Part shown: in pieces, positions 1-11,841 of the stretch
Position numbering within the stretch: the first letter of the stretch is position 1
Layout: every line of letters begins with the position of its first letter
The notes under the pieces: generated by a model
What the model was told of the DNA's origin: nothing
The model's database searches: none
What the model saw: only the letters and a program-made list of their open reading frames with translations
Translations under genes and position numbers: made by a program
DNA from: Octopus bimaculoides
Taxonomy: Eukaryota
Length of the DNA stretch: 64,000 nucleotides
Assembly (NCBI RefSeq): GCF_001194135.2
Contig: NC_068986.1
Location: 20,321,482 to 20,385,481, forward strand
Direction: 5' to 3'

Positions 1-1784
1 TGACATAAGTTCCATACATGGTTTCTTCATAACAGACAGTATTGACCAAAATGGAGCTACATCACCATGGAATCGTTCTTACACAGCACTCTTTGCTCAG
101 CAATTATGAGTGATGTTGATTACTAAGCTGTCTTTTTCTTTTTTTCTGATTAGCATATGTATTCATTATTAAACAATTAATCTTATTGACTTCTGGCAAG
201 TAACGATAATAGAATTTTGAAATCAATTCTCTCTCTCTCACGGTCATTATGGCCTAAGTGAGATGCAACAACTTCAACTAGGAATCAAAATTATATTGCT
301 CATGAATGCTATAAAAATCCTAAAATGTCATCCAGTAAAAATATCTAAACTGTACACTTTACATAAAGAATTTTTATCCCTCCACAGTTCCTACTCCTGT
401 TATCATCCATTCTGGCAGATTGTTCATTTTGTTGCTATTGGAAGGAACTGTGATAATATTGTTTAAGCTATTTTATGTTAAACTCTTGTTAGATTAATTA
501 GTCCAGTGTGGCATTAACTGAGGAGACACAACAAGTTCGAAACACCAGGTGCTCCAAAGTTCCCTTATCCTAATGAATCAAGTGTGTTATGAACACACGT
601 TCATATCAAAGAAGTTGTTGAACTTGCTGGAATGCTAAAACATGAATGTGTATGTCATCATTCATATTCCATGTTGTTACATGGGAAAACACATGTTATT
701 ACTATGTTTAATAAAAGGGCAATTGGAGAAGAATGGTTTGAATTGTTGAATATTATTGATAAGAATACCATAAAAAGAAGAGAGAATGGCTTAATTGGTC
801 CAAAAGTTTGGTTGTAGCTATGCTATAAGTAAATAAGGCAAGCATAGTTTTTTAGAAAAGCATGACTGCTGCACATATCTATATCTTTATTTGTGTGTGT
901 TTGTACTATATCAGTATTTCATTGAGGTGCAGACACTAGCATTTGTTTAGGCAGGTTAAACTTGAAATTCTTACAAGGAATAAAGAAAACAGTTTGTGAA
1001 GGAGGAAGTAATAAAGAATGTCTTCAATATATGTCAAAAGTAACTGTGTGTGTGTGTGTGTGTGTGTGTGTATAATACATACTGTTTTATTGTGAAAGAA
1101 GTAATTATTTTGAGATACAAAATGATTGCTAAATTACAATAGCTTTGTAGTTTAGAAGAAATACATGTACTATTGAGTGAAAGAGTAAAGGGCATATTAG
1201 TAAGTGTATGTCTATAGGTACATCCACTCGACTATCTTGATGAGGAGGGTTGCTAAAATCTCAAAGACCTGTCAAGAACCCAGGATAGCGAGGTCCATGT
1301 TACCTTACTGTCTAGCAATACTGGACAGGGTTATTGAAATAGCCAAAATGCCATCTTTCATTATTAACCCTTTCAGCCCTTGTCATAAAGCCACCTTCCT
1401 CCTTGGTAGCTTCACTCATTTGAAGGAGATTTTAGTGTTGCAAGCAGCATGGTGACATCACTAGTGCTGGTGCCATGAAAAAGGCTCCCAGCACATACAT
1501 GCCTGTAAAGAGGTTGGCATCAGGAAGGGTTTCAAGCCGTAGAAACCATGCCAAAGCAGCCATTGGAATAAAATACAATCTTCAAACCCATTCCATCAGA
1601 CTATCTAACTCAATTCAGAAAGGTTGATTGGTGATGACAGACGTATATTGCAATGCTATTTTGTTATGTTATTGTGGTATGATCTCAACATTCTCTTATT
1701 TGGTTGTTGCTGTAGTTTAGTTCTTCTCCATCACCAATTGAGCATACCTGTGGTCAGAGACATTCCACTTTTACCTATCCTTTC

Positions 1785-1980
1785 ATCAGTGCTGGTGCCA
1801 ATAAAAAGCACCCACTACACTCTTATAAAGTGGCTGGTTTTAGGAAAGGTATCCAGCCATAGAAACTGTGCCAAAACAGATACCAAAGCTTGGTGCAGTC
1901 CTCTGGTTTTCCAGCTCCTATTTAACCATCCCACCCATGCCAACATGGAAAGCAGACATAAAATGATGATAATGATGTCT
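1785..1980 (+). mobile_element. RTE-tail SINE/LINE 3' end ('family C', my label)
   Basis: ggtgcc..aaaaagcacccactacac..aggaaaggtatccagc..catgccaacatggaaagcagacataaaatgatgat; recurs many times in the window. Confidence 0.8.
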
Positions 1981-2534
1981 AGCACTACACAGAGCAGCAT
2001 TTTTTTTTCCTTTTCTTACGATGGAAGAGCGTGATTTACTGGAATATGATTACTATTTTGACTAGGTTGAACGACGATGTAGAGTACCCTTATTATTATG
2101 GTATTGGTCAGTGGCTATTTAGTTAAGGTCTGTCCTGACAATCTGGTTGATCAATAACTTGTATGCACAGCTCTTCTTTTCCCTCACAAATATCAAACAT
2201 TTTACGTATAAGCAGATGTTCACCTACTTTAAGGGATTATTGTCAACAGTTGTAAGTGCACTTAGCTAGATTTTAATCCACAGATGATTAAACCAGTCTG
2301 TTTGATGTACTTATCAGTCTGCATGTCTTTTCTCTACAGATAGTCATATTTAGGGCTGAATAGAGTTCTGTCACTGAGCAAAGTCAAGGTCTTCTAATTC
2401 ACTAGTGTATGAGATAAACAAATATTCACCTTTTGTTCTAATTTTTAAACTTCATTGCAACTTCTTTATATATATATATATATATATNNNNNNNNNNNNN
2501 ATATATATGTATGTATATGTATGTATGTATATAA

Positions 2535-2683
2535 AAAAGCACTCACTACACTCTCGGAGTGGTTGGCGATAGGAAGGGCATCTAGCTGTATAAACTGGAG
2601 TTTGGTGTAGCCATCGGGTTCGCCAGTCCTCAGTCAAATTGTCCAACCCATGCTAGCGGGGAAAACGGATGTTAAATGATGAT

Positions 2684-2686
<3 letters not shown>
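2535..2686 (+). mobile_element. family C element
   Basis: Same core and (ATG)n tail as 43766-43985. Confidence 0.85.
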
Positions 2687-2714
<28 letters not shown>

Positions 2715-3977
2715 AAGATGTATAGTTGTGAGTTTAGAGCTCCATGTAGACTATCATCATCTAGTTTACATCCAGTATTACAGTGTGGTTACTATTGTAG
2801 TTAGTAGTATTACTAATTATGATATACAGAGCAACATCCACGACAGAGGATGCAAATAACCACAATGGTGAAGTATACATTAGGAACAAAGGATATAAAC
2901 TGCATCTTGTGTTTATCATACTTTCTGCGCGCACGCACGTGTGTGTGTGTGTGTTCTGCTATACTCTTTTACCATATTATCTTTGTATGATCCAGACATT
3001 TTCTTATGTGGTTGTTGGTATTTAGCTCCTGTTCAGCCCTAATTGAGCAAGCCTATGATCAAAGACATTCCGCTCATGGCCATGTTGTTGGTAGGGGTTT
3101 TTTGGGGTTTTTTTTTGTAATATCTAAGACTACATTATATACATGTGTATGTATATACTGAATGTGATAGTTGGAATCATCTAGAATTGTATCAGTTTTA
3201 TAAGTCACAGCACAACAACCTCCCATTCATTAATTGTTGTAGCTGAAGCGAAATTTCATTTGCAAACTAGATTTGAACTTGCTTTATCCTATTCTGACAT
3301 TTTACTGTCAAAAGCTCCTGACATCCTACAGCTAATACTTATATCATTATCCATTTCCTCCCTCTCGGTTAATCACTCTGCCTTCTCTTTGCTTTTTTTC
3401 CCTTGCATCCTTATCGTCCTCATTCATTACATCCAGTTATGTTGTTGTAGTTGTTATATTTTTTTTTTTTTTACTATAGATGTCTGTTGCAGCCTTTCCT
3501 CTCTTGTTTGTATGTAGGGCAGGGGTGATGGCTTATGTCTTTTTAATGAAGTCCTCTTGGTTAGGGTCTAAATTATGTTACATAGAAAATGTAGAAAGCG
3601 AAAAATAAATTACTCCATGGAATGAAATAATTTGTTTCAATTATGAGTCATACAAGTTTTATCAGAACAACTGTAATTACTGAGGAAATCATAAACTTAT
3701 GGGTTTTTTTTTTAATCTTTTATCTTATTGTCCAACTAATTGAACTATGTAGTCTGTACATGGCCCTCTTGCTTCTGATTGCATCAAGTTGCTTTGTGGT
3801 GGTGGGGGGGGAGCATATTCTACGCAGCAAGTTTACTTATTGCAGGAGTGTTAATCTGTTTATTTGTCCTGTTTACTCTCCTAAGTTCACTTTCATAAAA
3901 GTGTATATACATTTGACCGCTTTTATGCACAAGACACACATATATAGAGAGAGAGATTGATAGATATAAATATTTTT

Positions 3978-4110
3978 GACGGGCTTCTTTCACTTTCTTT
4001 CCATGTACCAAATCCATTCACAAAGCTTTGGCCAGCCCAGGGCTTTAGTTGAAGATACTTGCCCAAGGTGCCATGCAGTGGGATTGAACCCAAGAACACA
4101 TGGTTGGGAA
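3978..4110 (-). mobile_element. tRNA-derived SINE head ('family A')
   Basis: Reverse complement of the head of 7154-7580. Confidence 0.8.
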
Positions 4111-4149
4111 CCAAGCTTCTGGTCTTTTTCAACAACTTGAGCAAGCATT

Positions 4150-4468
4150 TTCTACTAAAGCCATAAATCATCCAAAGCCATGTGAATGAATTTGGAAACT
4201 GAAAGAAGCCTGTCATGTGCATGTGTGTGTGTAACTTTGTCTAGACATCACGTGAGGGCTGTAAATGAGCATCACCACCATACAAGCGAGGTTGTTAGTT
4301 TCCAGTCTTCCGTGGAAAGCATGTCTGGCCATGGGAGAATATTACCTTGCCTGGAAACAGATATGGGTTGGTGACAGGAAGGGCATCTAATTGTAGAAAT
4401 TCTGTCTCAACAAATTCAGACTGACCCATGCAAGCATGAAAAAGGGGACATTAAAATGATGAGGATGA
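4150..4468 (+). mobile_element. composite SINE ('family D': A-type head, different body, RTE-like tail)
   Basis: ggaaactgaaagaagcc...ttggtgacaggaagggcatc...catgcaagcatgaaaa; homologous to 5811-6176. Confidence 0.75.
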
Positions 4469-4582
4469 TACATAAATACATGCACACACACATACGTACC
4501 ACTGTTAAATTCAAAACATCTTAATTGACAATCCTAATCATAGAAATAGTTAATAAGCCCTAGTCAGTATTTTAGCACAACT

Positions 4583-4900
4583 TATTTAACGTCTGTCGTC
4601 CATGCTGGCATTGACTGGGCTGGCACACTGGAAGGCTGCGCCAGGTTCCAGTCTGATTCGGCATGGTTTTCTATGGCTGGATTCCCTTCCTGACGCCAAA
4701 CCACTTTGAGAGTGTAGTGGGTGCTTTTTATGTGCCACTGGCATGGGTGCCATTTGCGTGACACCAATATCTGCCACGACTGCGATTTTGCTCAGCTTGA
4801 TAGGTTTTCTTCTCAAGCATGACATAATATTGCAGGTCTTGGTCATTGCTTCCATAAGGTCCAACACTCAAAAGGAACTCAGCCACTTTGCTTCCATGAG
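4583..4900 (-). mobile_element. family C element (longer copy)
   Basis: Reverse complement of the family C core; its extension also occurs at about 51340-51430. Confidence 0.8.
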
Positions 4901-4939
4901 GCAAATTACTGACCCCTAGTCAAACAAATCACTAACATT

Positions 4940-5405
4940 GTTTCAAATTTTGGCACAAGGCCAGTAATTTTAGGGAGGGTTTAGTCATTTACATTGACAC
5001 CAGTACTTGTTTGGTACTTTATTTTGTCAAACCTTGAAAGAATGAAAAGCCAAGTTGGCCTCAGCAGTATTTGAACTTGGCATGTAAAGAGCTGGAAGAA
5101 AAATTTGTGCTGCTAACCATTTTATCAGACATGCTAACAAATCTGCCAGTTCCCTGCCTTACTAATGACAGGAATAATTGTTTCTAATTCTGGCATAGGG
5201 GCCAGCAATTTTGAGGGGAGGGTGTAGCCAATTATATCAACCTGAGTACTTCACTGGTTCTCTATTTTATTCTTTATTGAACCCTACAAGGGTGAAAGGC
5301 AAAGGTGACCTCAGCAGTATTTGAACTCAGGATGCAAAGAGCAGGAAGAAATGCATGCCGCCGATCGTATTTATCTGATGTGCTAATGATTCTACCAGTT
5401 CATAG
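4940..5405 (-). mobile_element. two tandem degraded SINEs ('family B')
   Basis: Each is the reverse complement of the ...gagttcaaat...gcctttcatcc...gtaccag...gccttgtgcc consensus seen at 10810 and 43560. Confidence 0.7.
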
Positions 5406-5810
5406 CAATACAATGTTAAGATTCCTATTTATTTTTGTTATTTCTGTTGCAACCGCAGACTGCATACACTCCGTGTAACTGTAATGCTATCAAAAATTAC
5501 ATGATTTGAGCTAACCTTCTAGTAAATCAATAATACATTGTATGATGTAAAATATAAGCACCATTAAAAAAAAACATCATATTGTTACAGGGTTATAGAC
5601 ACAGAAGCTAAAGTTTTTTTGATAAGCAATTCTCAGTCATTTATATTAAGTAGATTGAATACAATATTTTGCTTTAATGCACACGTTTGAAACAACATAA
5701 ATCTAGAACTTATGTTGGTTTATATTTTTATTCAGAAATATAAAGAACATAAATCATGTTTTATGTTTGAAGACCAAATAATTTGGTAGAGTATGTACAA
5801 TTTTGAAAGG

Positions 5811-6176
5811 CACGGCTGTGGTTGTGTGGTTAAGAAGCTTGGCTCCCAGGCACATGGTTTTATGTTCAGTCCCACTGTGTGACTCCTTGAGCATCTTCTA
5901 CTATAGTTGACTAAAAGCTTTGTGAATGGATTTAGTGGAAGGAAACCAAGAGAAGCCCCTTGTGTTCACATTGCATGATAGATGTAAATGAATGTCACCA
6001 TCATACAAGCAGTGTCATTTCCTATATTCTGCGAAACACACTTGGTCATGAGGAAATGTTACCTTGCTTGGAAACAGGTGGGGGCTTGGTGACAGGAAAG
6101 GCATCTGACAGTAGAAAATCTGCCTGAAATGACTCCATCCAACCCAGGCAAGCATGAAAAAGTGAGCATTAAAACA
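5811..6176 (+). mobile_element. family D SINE
   Basis: tRNA-like head (gtggttgtgtgg...gttcagtcccac) plus family D body and tail. Confidence 0.75.
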
Positions 6177-7153
6177 ATAAAGATTTTCAAAAGCTATTTA
6201 CATTAAACAATATATTTAGTTTACAGTGGAAGGTTATTCTGGGTGCTCTTCTGGTCACCAACCCTTACTTGTTTCTTTAGTAAGTTAATATTTCTCCGTA
6301 TCCAGACATGTTTTCATGGAAGATTGGAAATGAAGAATATGGCTCATATGGCAGTGACACAAGATGAGCATTTTTTCAATTTCTGTCTATCGAATCTACT
6401 CAGCAAGGTTTTGATTGACTCTGGACTCTAGTAGAAGGCACTTACACCTGTGTGTGTCTAAGTATGTACTTTTTTTGTATAATTCTCCTGTAAACTCTAA
6501 TGGCTCTTCAGTCAAGAGCATAATTGAAATAATCAGCCATGTCAAATGATCACTTAAGCTTTCCGTTTTACCCTAATAATCATTGAGATATCTACTCTTT
6601 TCTTAGTTGCTTGTCATCAGGAAAATACTGTGTTCTGTTATTGGTTCTCGCTGGCCTCTGTCATTTAGGTCCTCTCTCCTACCCTCCTGTGTTTAGCATT
6701 GTCATGACTATGTTGCTTTCTAATCATTATCAACAATTGCTAACTGTAAACTTTATTCATTAAGTGCTTCACTGACAAACTGAAAATTTCTTAATGATTC
6801 ACCCAACTCAAATTTTTTTTTACTCTTATTTAATTGTGTAAAAGTATAGGTGATTGAATGATCACATGGAAAGCTTCATGGAATAGTCATAGGACATTAA
6901 GCAGTAAGTTAATTGGTTGATTAGTTTATTTTCTAAGATTAGAAAGAAAGCAAGTTGTTTCTAAAGAAATTTGGAAGGCATGTGAACTTAACGGCAGGGA
7001 TCATAGTTCAGTTGCTTCAAATAACGGGACTTAAAAGTAATAACACAAAGAGTAAAAAAAAAAGAAGATAAATATTTTCTCTGTGAAATCCATTGAAAAT
7101 CTTTTCACTTGAATTACATTACAAGTATTCATTTTATTTTTGTAAATTTTTTA

Positions 7154-7309
7154 GAGTGGCTGTGTGGTAAGAAGCTTGCTTACCAACCACATGGTTCTGA
7201 GTTCAGTCCCACTGTGTGGCACCTTGGGCAAGTGTCTTCTACTATAGCCTCGGGCCGACCAAAGCCTTGTGAGTGGATTTGGTAGATGGAAACTGAAAGA
7301 AGCCCGTCG

Positions 7310-7351
<42 letters not shown>

Positions 7352-7580
7352 TGTATGTGTGTGCATATGTTTGTGTGTCTGTGTTTATCTCCCCAGCATC
7401 GCTTGATAACCGATTCTAGTGTGTTAGCGTCCCCGTAACTTAGCGGTTCAGCAAAAGAATCTGATAGAATAAGTACTAGGCTTACAAAGAATAAGCCCTG
7501 GGGTCAATTTGCTCGACTAAAGGCGGTGCTCTAGCATGGCCACAGTCAAGTGACTGAAGCAAGTTAAAACAGAAAAGAAA
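7154..7580 (+). mobile_element. full-length family A tRNA-derived SINE with internal (TA)n
   Basis: A-box TGGCTGTGTGG, B-box-like GAGTTCAGTCCC, accttgggcaagtgtctt core, tail gcatggccacagtcaagtgactgaa. Confidence 0.9.
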
Positions 7581-7673
7581 GAAAGAGAGACAAATTGAAT
7601 TAAACCCCTTTTAAAACTATCATCATGTACTGGATAAACACACACTCTGTCTCTCTCAGCTTTGTGGAAATGC

Positions 7674-7822
7674 AGGTGTGGCTGTGTGGTAAGAAGCTTG
7701 CTTCCCAACCACATGCTTCTGGGTTCAGTCCCACTGTGTGGTACATTGGACAAGTGTCTTCTACTATAGCCTCAGGCCAGCCAAAGTCTTGTGAGTGGAT
7801 ATGGTAACTGAAAGAAGCCCAT

Positions 7823-7867
<45 letters not shown>

Positions 7868-7992
7868 CTGCGTTTCTGTGTCTGTGTTTGTCCCCCCACC
7901 ATCGCTTAACAACTGATGCTGGCATGTTTATGTCCCCGCAACTTTGCGGTTCAGCAAAAGAGACCAATAGAATAAGTACTAGGCTTACCAAG
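7674..7992 (+). mobile_element. family A SINE with internal (TG)n, runs into gap
   Basis: Collinear with 7154-7580. Confidence 0.9.
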
Positions 7993-8094
7993 NNNNNNNN
8001 NNNNNNNNNNNNNNNNNNNNNNNNNNNNNNNNNNNNNNNNNNNNNNNNNNNNNNNNNNNNNNNNNNNNNNNNNNNNNNNNNNNNNNNNNNNNNN

Positions 8095-8135
<41 letters not shown>

Positions 8136-10375
8136 ATAAACTTATGCTGCATATATGGGTACAGGACGAAATATGAAAACATGAAAAACAAAGGACAGTG
8201 GAGAAGTTCTTTTAATTTCAACATAAATTTTTCTTCTTGGTGAGAATGGCTTGTATCGTTATACAAAAGAACCGACCACATTTAAAATATTTGCTGCTGA
8301 CATATATTAGACTGTAGACATTTCTGAGAACCCGTGCTCACTTGATAGAACTTAATCACCTGGAGTTGAATTGGGAATTCTTTGATTAGAAGCACAAAAA
8401 CAATGCTGCTAATTGGTTGCACTAGCTATAAGCAAAATGTCCAGTGTCTGGTTATATTTAGCTCGCTTTTTAACTAGTATACTTCTTTCTCTAGCGTAGA
8501 CCACACTTACTGGCAGTGTACTGTTGGATGTTGCTATTTTGATTGTATATTCTCTTACCAATGTGTTCAATTGCTGAGGAAATTCTAAGTATGTGTGTAT
8601 GATAGACATGGCTATGTATGTATGTATACACATCTCTAGAGAGAGATGGCATGGGTGGAGAGTTTTTGAAAAGCTGCTTTTATTTGATTTTGCTGCAGGT
8701 GAAAGGCTACATATTGCCTGCTATTCTCAACATGGAAGATATAAATTCAATACTAACAATAACGATAAATGTAATAGCAAAAATAATGAAATCAGTAACT
8801 TATATATTAATGGGGGAAAATAAATTAGTAATTGTATGGAGTTAAATTTATGAGAATATCTCCTTATCAATTTCTTTTTACTATGTAGGATCTCTGTTAA
8901 ATAAAGGCTGGATCAAATAATTGGCTCTTGTATTAGATAGTGAAGTATGGTGCATTTACTAATCTATTTGACATGATTAAATTAGAATTGCTGTTTGTAT
9001 ATATTATTAACATTTATTGCATTATGTTGGTTGTAATAGAAATTCTTTTAAAATAATATACTCTTTGAAGTGAGCATTGATTATTTGAAAGTCTAGGAGA
9101 AATGTTTAATTTTTTTTGTGATATCTATATGATTGGTATTGATTTGAAAATGCTTAAAAAAAAAATTGCCAGATATGCAAAATGGTGTTTATTTTTATTT
9201 ATTGACCGGCATATTAAATTACAGGTATACTTAGTGATGTTACAGTTGATATCTATACCAATTGATTTTTCTTTTTGTTTGTGTGCTTATGATAATATCT
9301 ATCAATACTTAAGTAGCCCTCTTTGAAATCTGTGGGTTTAAAAGGCTAACAGAATGCTTACTGTATAACGTGTTCTTTACTCAGAACATGCTGCAGGGCA
9401 AAGTGGCAAACTGGTAGTCATTAGTGTGTCGGATAGAATGCCTTGTGGTATTTGTTCCAAATCTATGTACTCTGGGTTCAAATCCTGCCACAATCAACTT
9501 TACTTCTTGCCCTTTAAGGATCAACAAAATGTGTACCAGTGCTGGACAGTAAACTGGTAGAAATGTTGGAGCATTGGATGGTATTAATTATAGTATCTGT
9601 TCATGCCATGGCCAAAAAAGAAAAGGAAAAAAAAATCACACTTCTCCTAGGAGTTGCAACTGAGATTAACAAATGGTATTGGCAATTTGAAAAACCAATG
9701 CAAACATAGTTTCTTTGGTTTGATTGGAAGATTCACTGCCACATGCTTTGAAAAGTGGTTTTGATGGTGTTATTCAGCAGACCTCATTTGTCAGCACATT
9801 ACTACACTAGAATTGTACTAATAAAGGATCTTCTCTGTGGTGGGTTTGGCCTGCTAGATATAACAGCCAGATCTCAGCCATATCACTTTTGACCATCTTT
9901 AAGAAAAATTGGATACACTGGATACACAATATCTAGAAAAAACAAAAGGAAAAATGATGGTTCCATTAAGGTTTTTGATCATAAATTTAGTCATTTTAAA
10001 CCTCCAACATAATCTTAGATTTGTACTCATTGCTATGTCTGTATTTTTATTAAGATCTTCCTTCACAAAGCAAAAGAGGAACATATAATTTATGTCTGAA
10101 GACTTCAAAGGTTTTTAAATTAAGAGAGACACGGAGACAGACAGAGAGAGAGAGAGTGGGTGTGATTAGCCTAGTTTAAGTACAACAGATATTACACAAA
10201 ATGTGTGAAATATTTATCTCTATCTTCAAAGAAAAGCATCTTTTCCATGGAAGATTATTATTTTGTGAAAAAATGTTTTTTAACATATTTTTTTCAGAAT
10301 AGTTATCAAGGATGTGTAGGTTTTGTTAGCACCATGTGTATCTGTCTATTAATTATTTTTTTTTTTTGCGTATGA

Positions 10376-10540
<165 letters not shown>

Positions 10541-10809
10541 TAAGAATAATTTATACTGAATATATTTAACAAATGCTATTATGATAGTAACTACCGTATT
10601 TGATGGTATGAAAGACATACAGACATATTAGATACACTCCAATATCAGCAGCACATACTGAGGAAAGATGTCTTTAGTGCATGAAAGTTTATGAGAGGCT
10701 CAGCTTTGCATATGGACCCATGGTGGTGTTTTTGAGAATTTTATTTATTTTTTTGTTAAGTGTCTCATATATACCATCAAATAAGGTGCTTCAAGCTTGT
10801 AGAACCAGG

Positions 10810-11010
10810 GGCTTACTATGCAAAATGCTTAGTGATGTTTCATTCGTTTTTACATCTTAAGTTCAAATTCGACTGGGATCAACTTTGCTTTTCGCCCCCT
10901 TTTGGGGGTTGATAAAATAAGTACCGGTTGAACACTGGGGTCGATGTAATCGACTTACCTCCTCCCCCGAAATTGCTGGCCTTGTGCCAAAATTTGAAAT
11001 CAATAATTAC
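10810..11010 (+). mobile_element. family B SINE
   Basis: aaatgcttag...gttcaaattc...taagtaccggttgaacactggggtcgatgtaatcgactta...gccttgtgccaaaatttgaa. Confidence 0.85.
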
Positions 11011-11467
11011 TGTGGACTGTCATTTTACAAAACCAGTCAACAACACCTCCAGAATGTTACTAATTTAGCTTCAGGATGGAAACATGAAAAGCTGTCACAT
11101 AATGATATTCAAATTTATTTTAAATATTCCAACAAAGCAAAAGGAAAACATTTTTAATGTTGAAATAAATTCACTGATAATTTTTAATGTTAATTATCAT
11201 TAACTGTTGCATATCATTATGTCTTACATCATTTTGAGTTATTGCTGATTTTTAACTGCCACTCATTGAGAATAGGTTTAATGATTCATTACATCTGTTT
11301 AAAAGAAATAGAGAAAGAAAATACAGAATACTGTGGCATAGTTTCTTTGTCCAAACTTTTTGTTTTGGTGCCACTGCTGATCATTCAGCCTTTTAACCCT
11401 TTTGATACCAACCCACTCAAGACCACCCTATAATACAAACCTCCCATCTTTAGAGTCACTAGTGGCA

Positions 11468-11841
11468 CTCCGTTGGTTATGAGAACGAGGGTTCCAGTTG
11501 ATCCAATCAATGGAACAGCCTGCTCCTGAAATTAATATGCAAGTGGCTGAGCACTCCACAGACACATGTACTCTTAATGTAGTTCTCAGGGAGATTCAGC
11601 TTGACACAGAGTGTGACAAGGCTGGCCCTTTGAAATACAGGTACAACAGAAACAGGAAGAAAGAGTGAGAGGAAGTTGTGGTGAAAGAATACAGCAGGGT
11701 TCGCCACCACCCCTGCTGGAGCCTCGTGGAGCTTCAGGTGTTTTTGCTCCAAAAAACATTCATAACACCTGGTCTGGGAATTGAAACCGTGATCCTATGA
11801 CCATGAGTCTGCTTCCCTAACCACTGGGCCATTGCGCCTCC
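11468..11841 (-). mobile_element. tRNA-derived SINE ('family E')
   Basis: Minus strand starts ggaggcgcaatggcccagtggttaggg (A box) ... ggtttcaattcc (B box); related copy at 15560-15835. Confidence 0.8.

Noticed and set aside
263-9326. Short ORFs in the first 10 kb as missing actinin exons 1-3 or other genes
   Set aside because: No actinin N-terminal motifs (TFTAWCNSHL, KIANVNKAL) found; ORFs overlap SINEs or simple repeats.
10298-10315. Strong acceptor ttttttcag 150 nt upstream of the first exon
   Set aside because: Gives an immediate TAG in the required phase.
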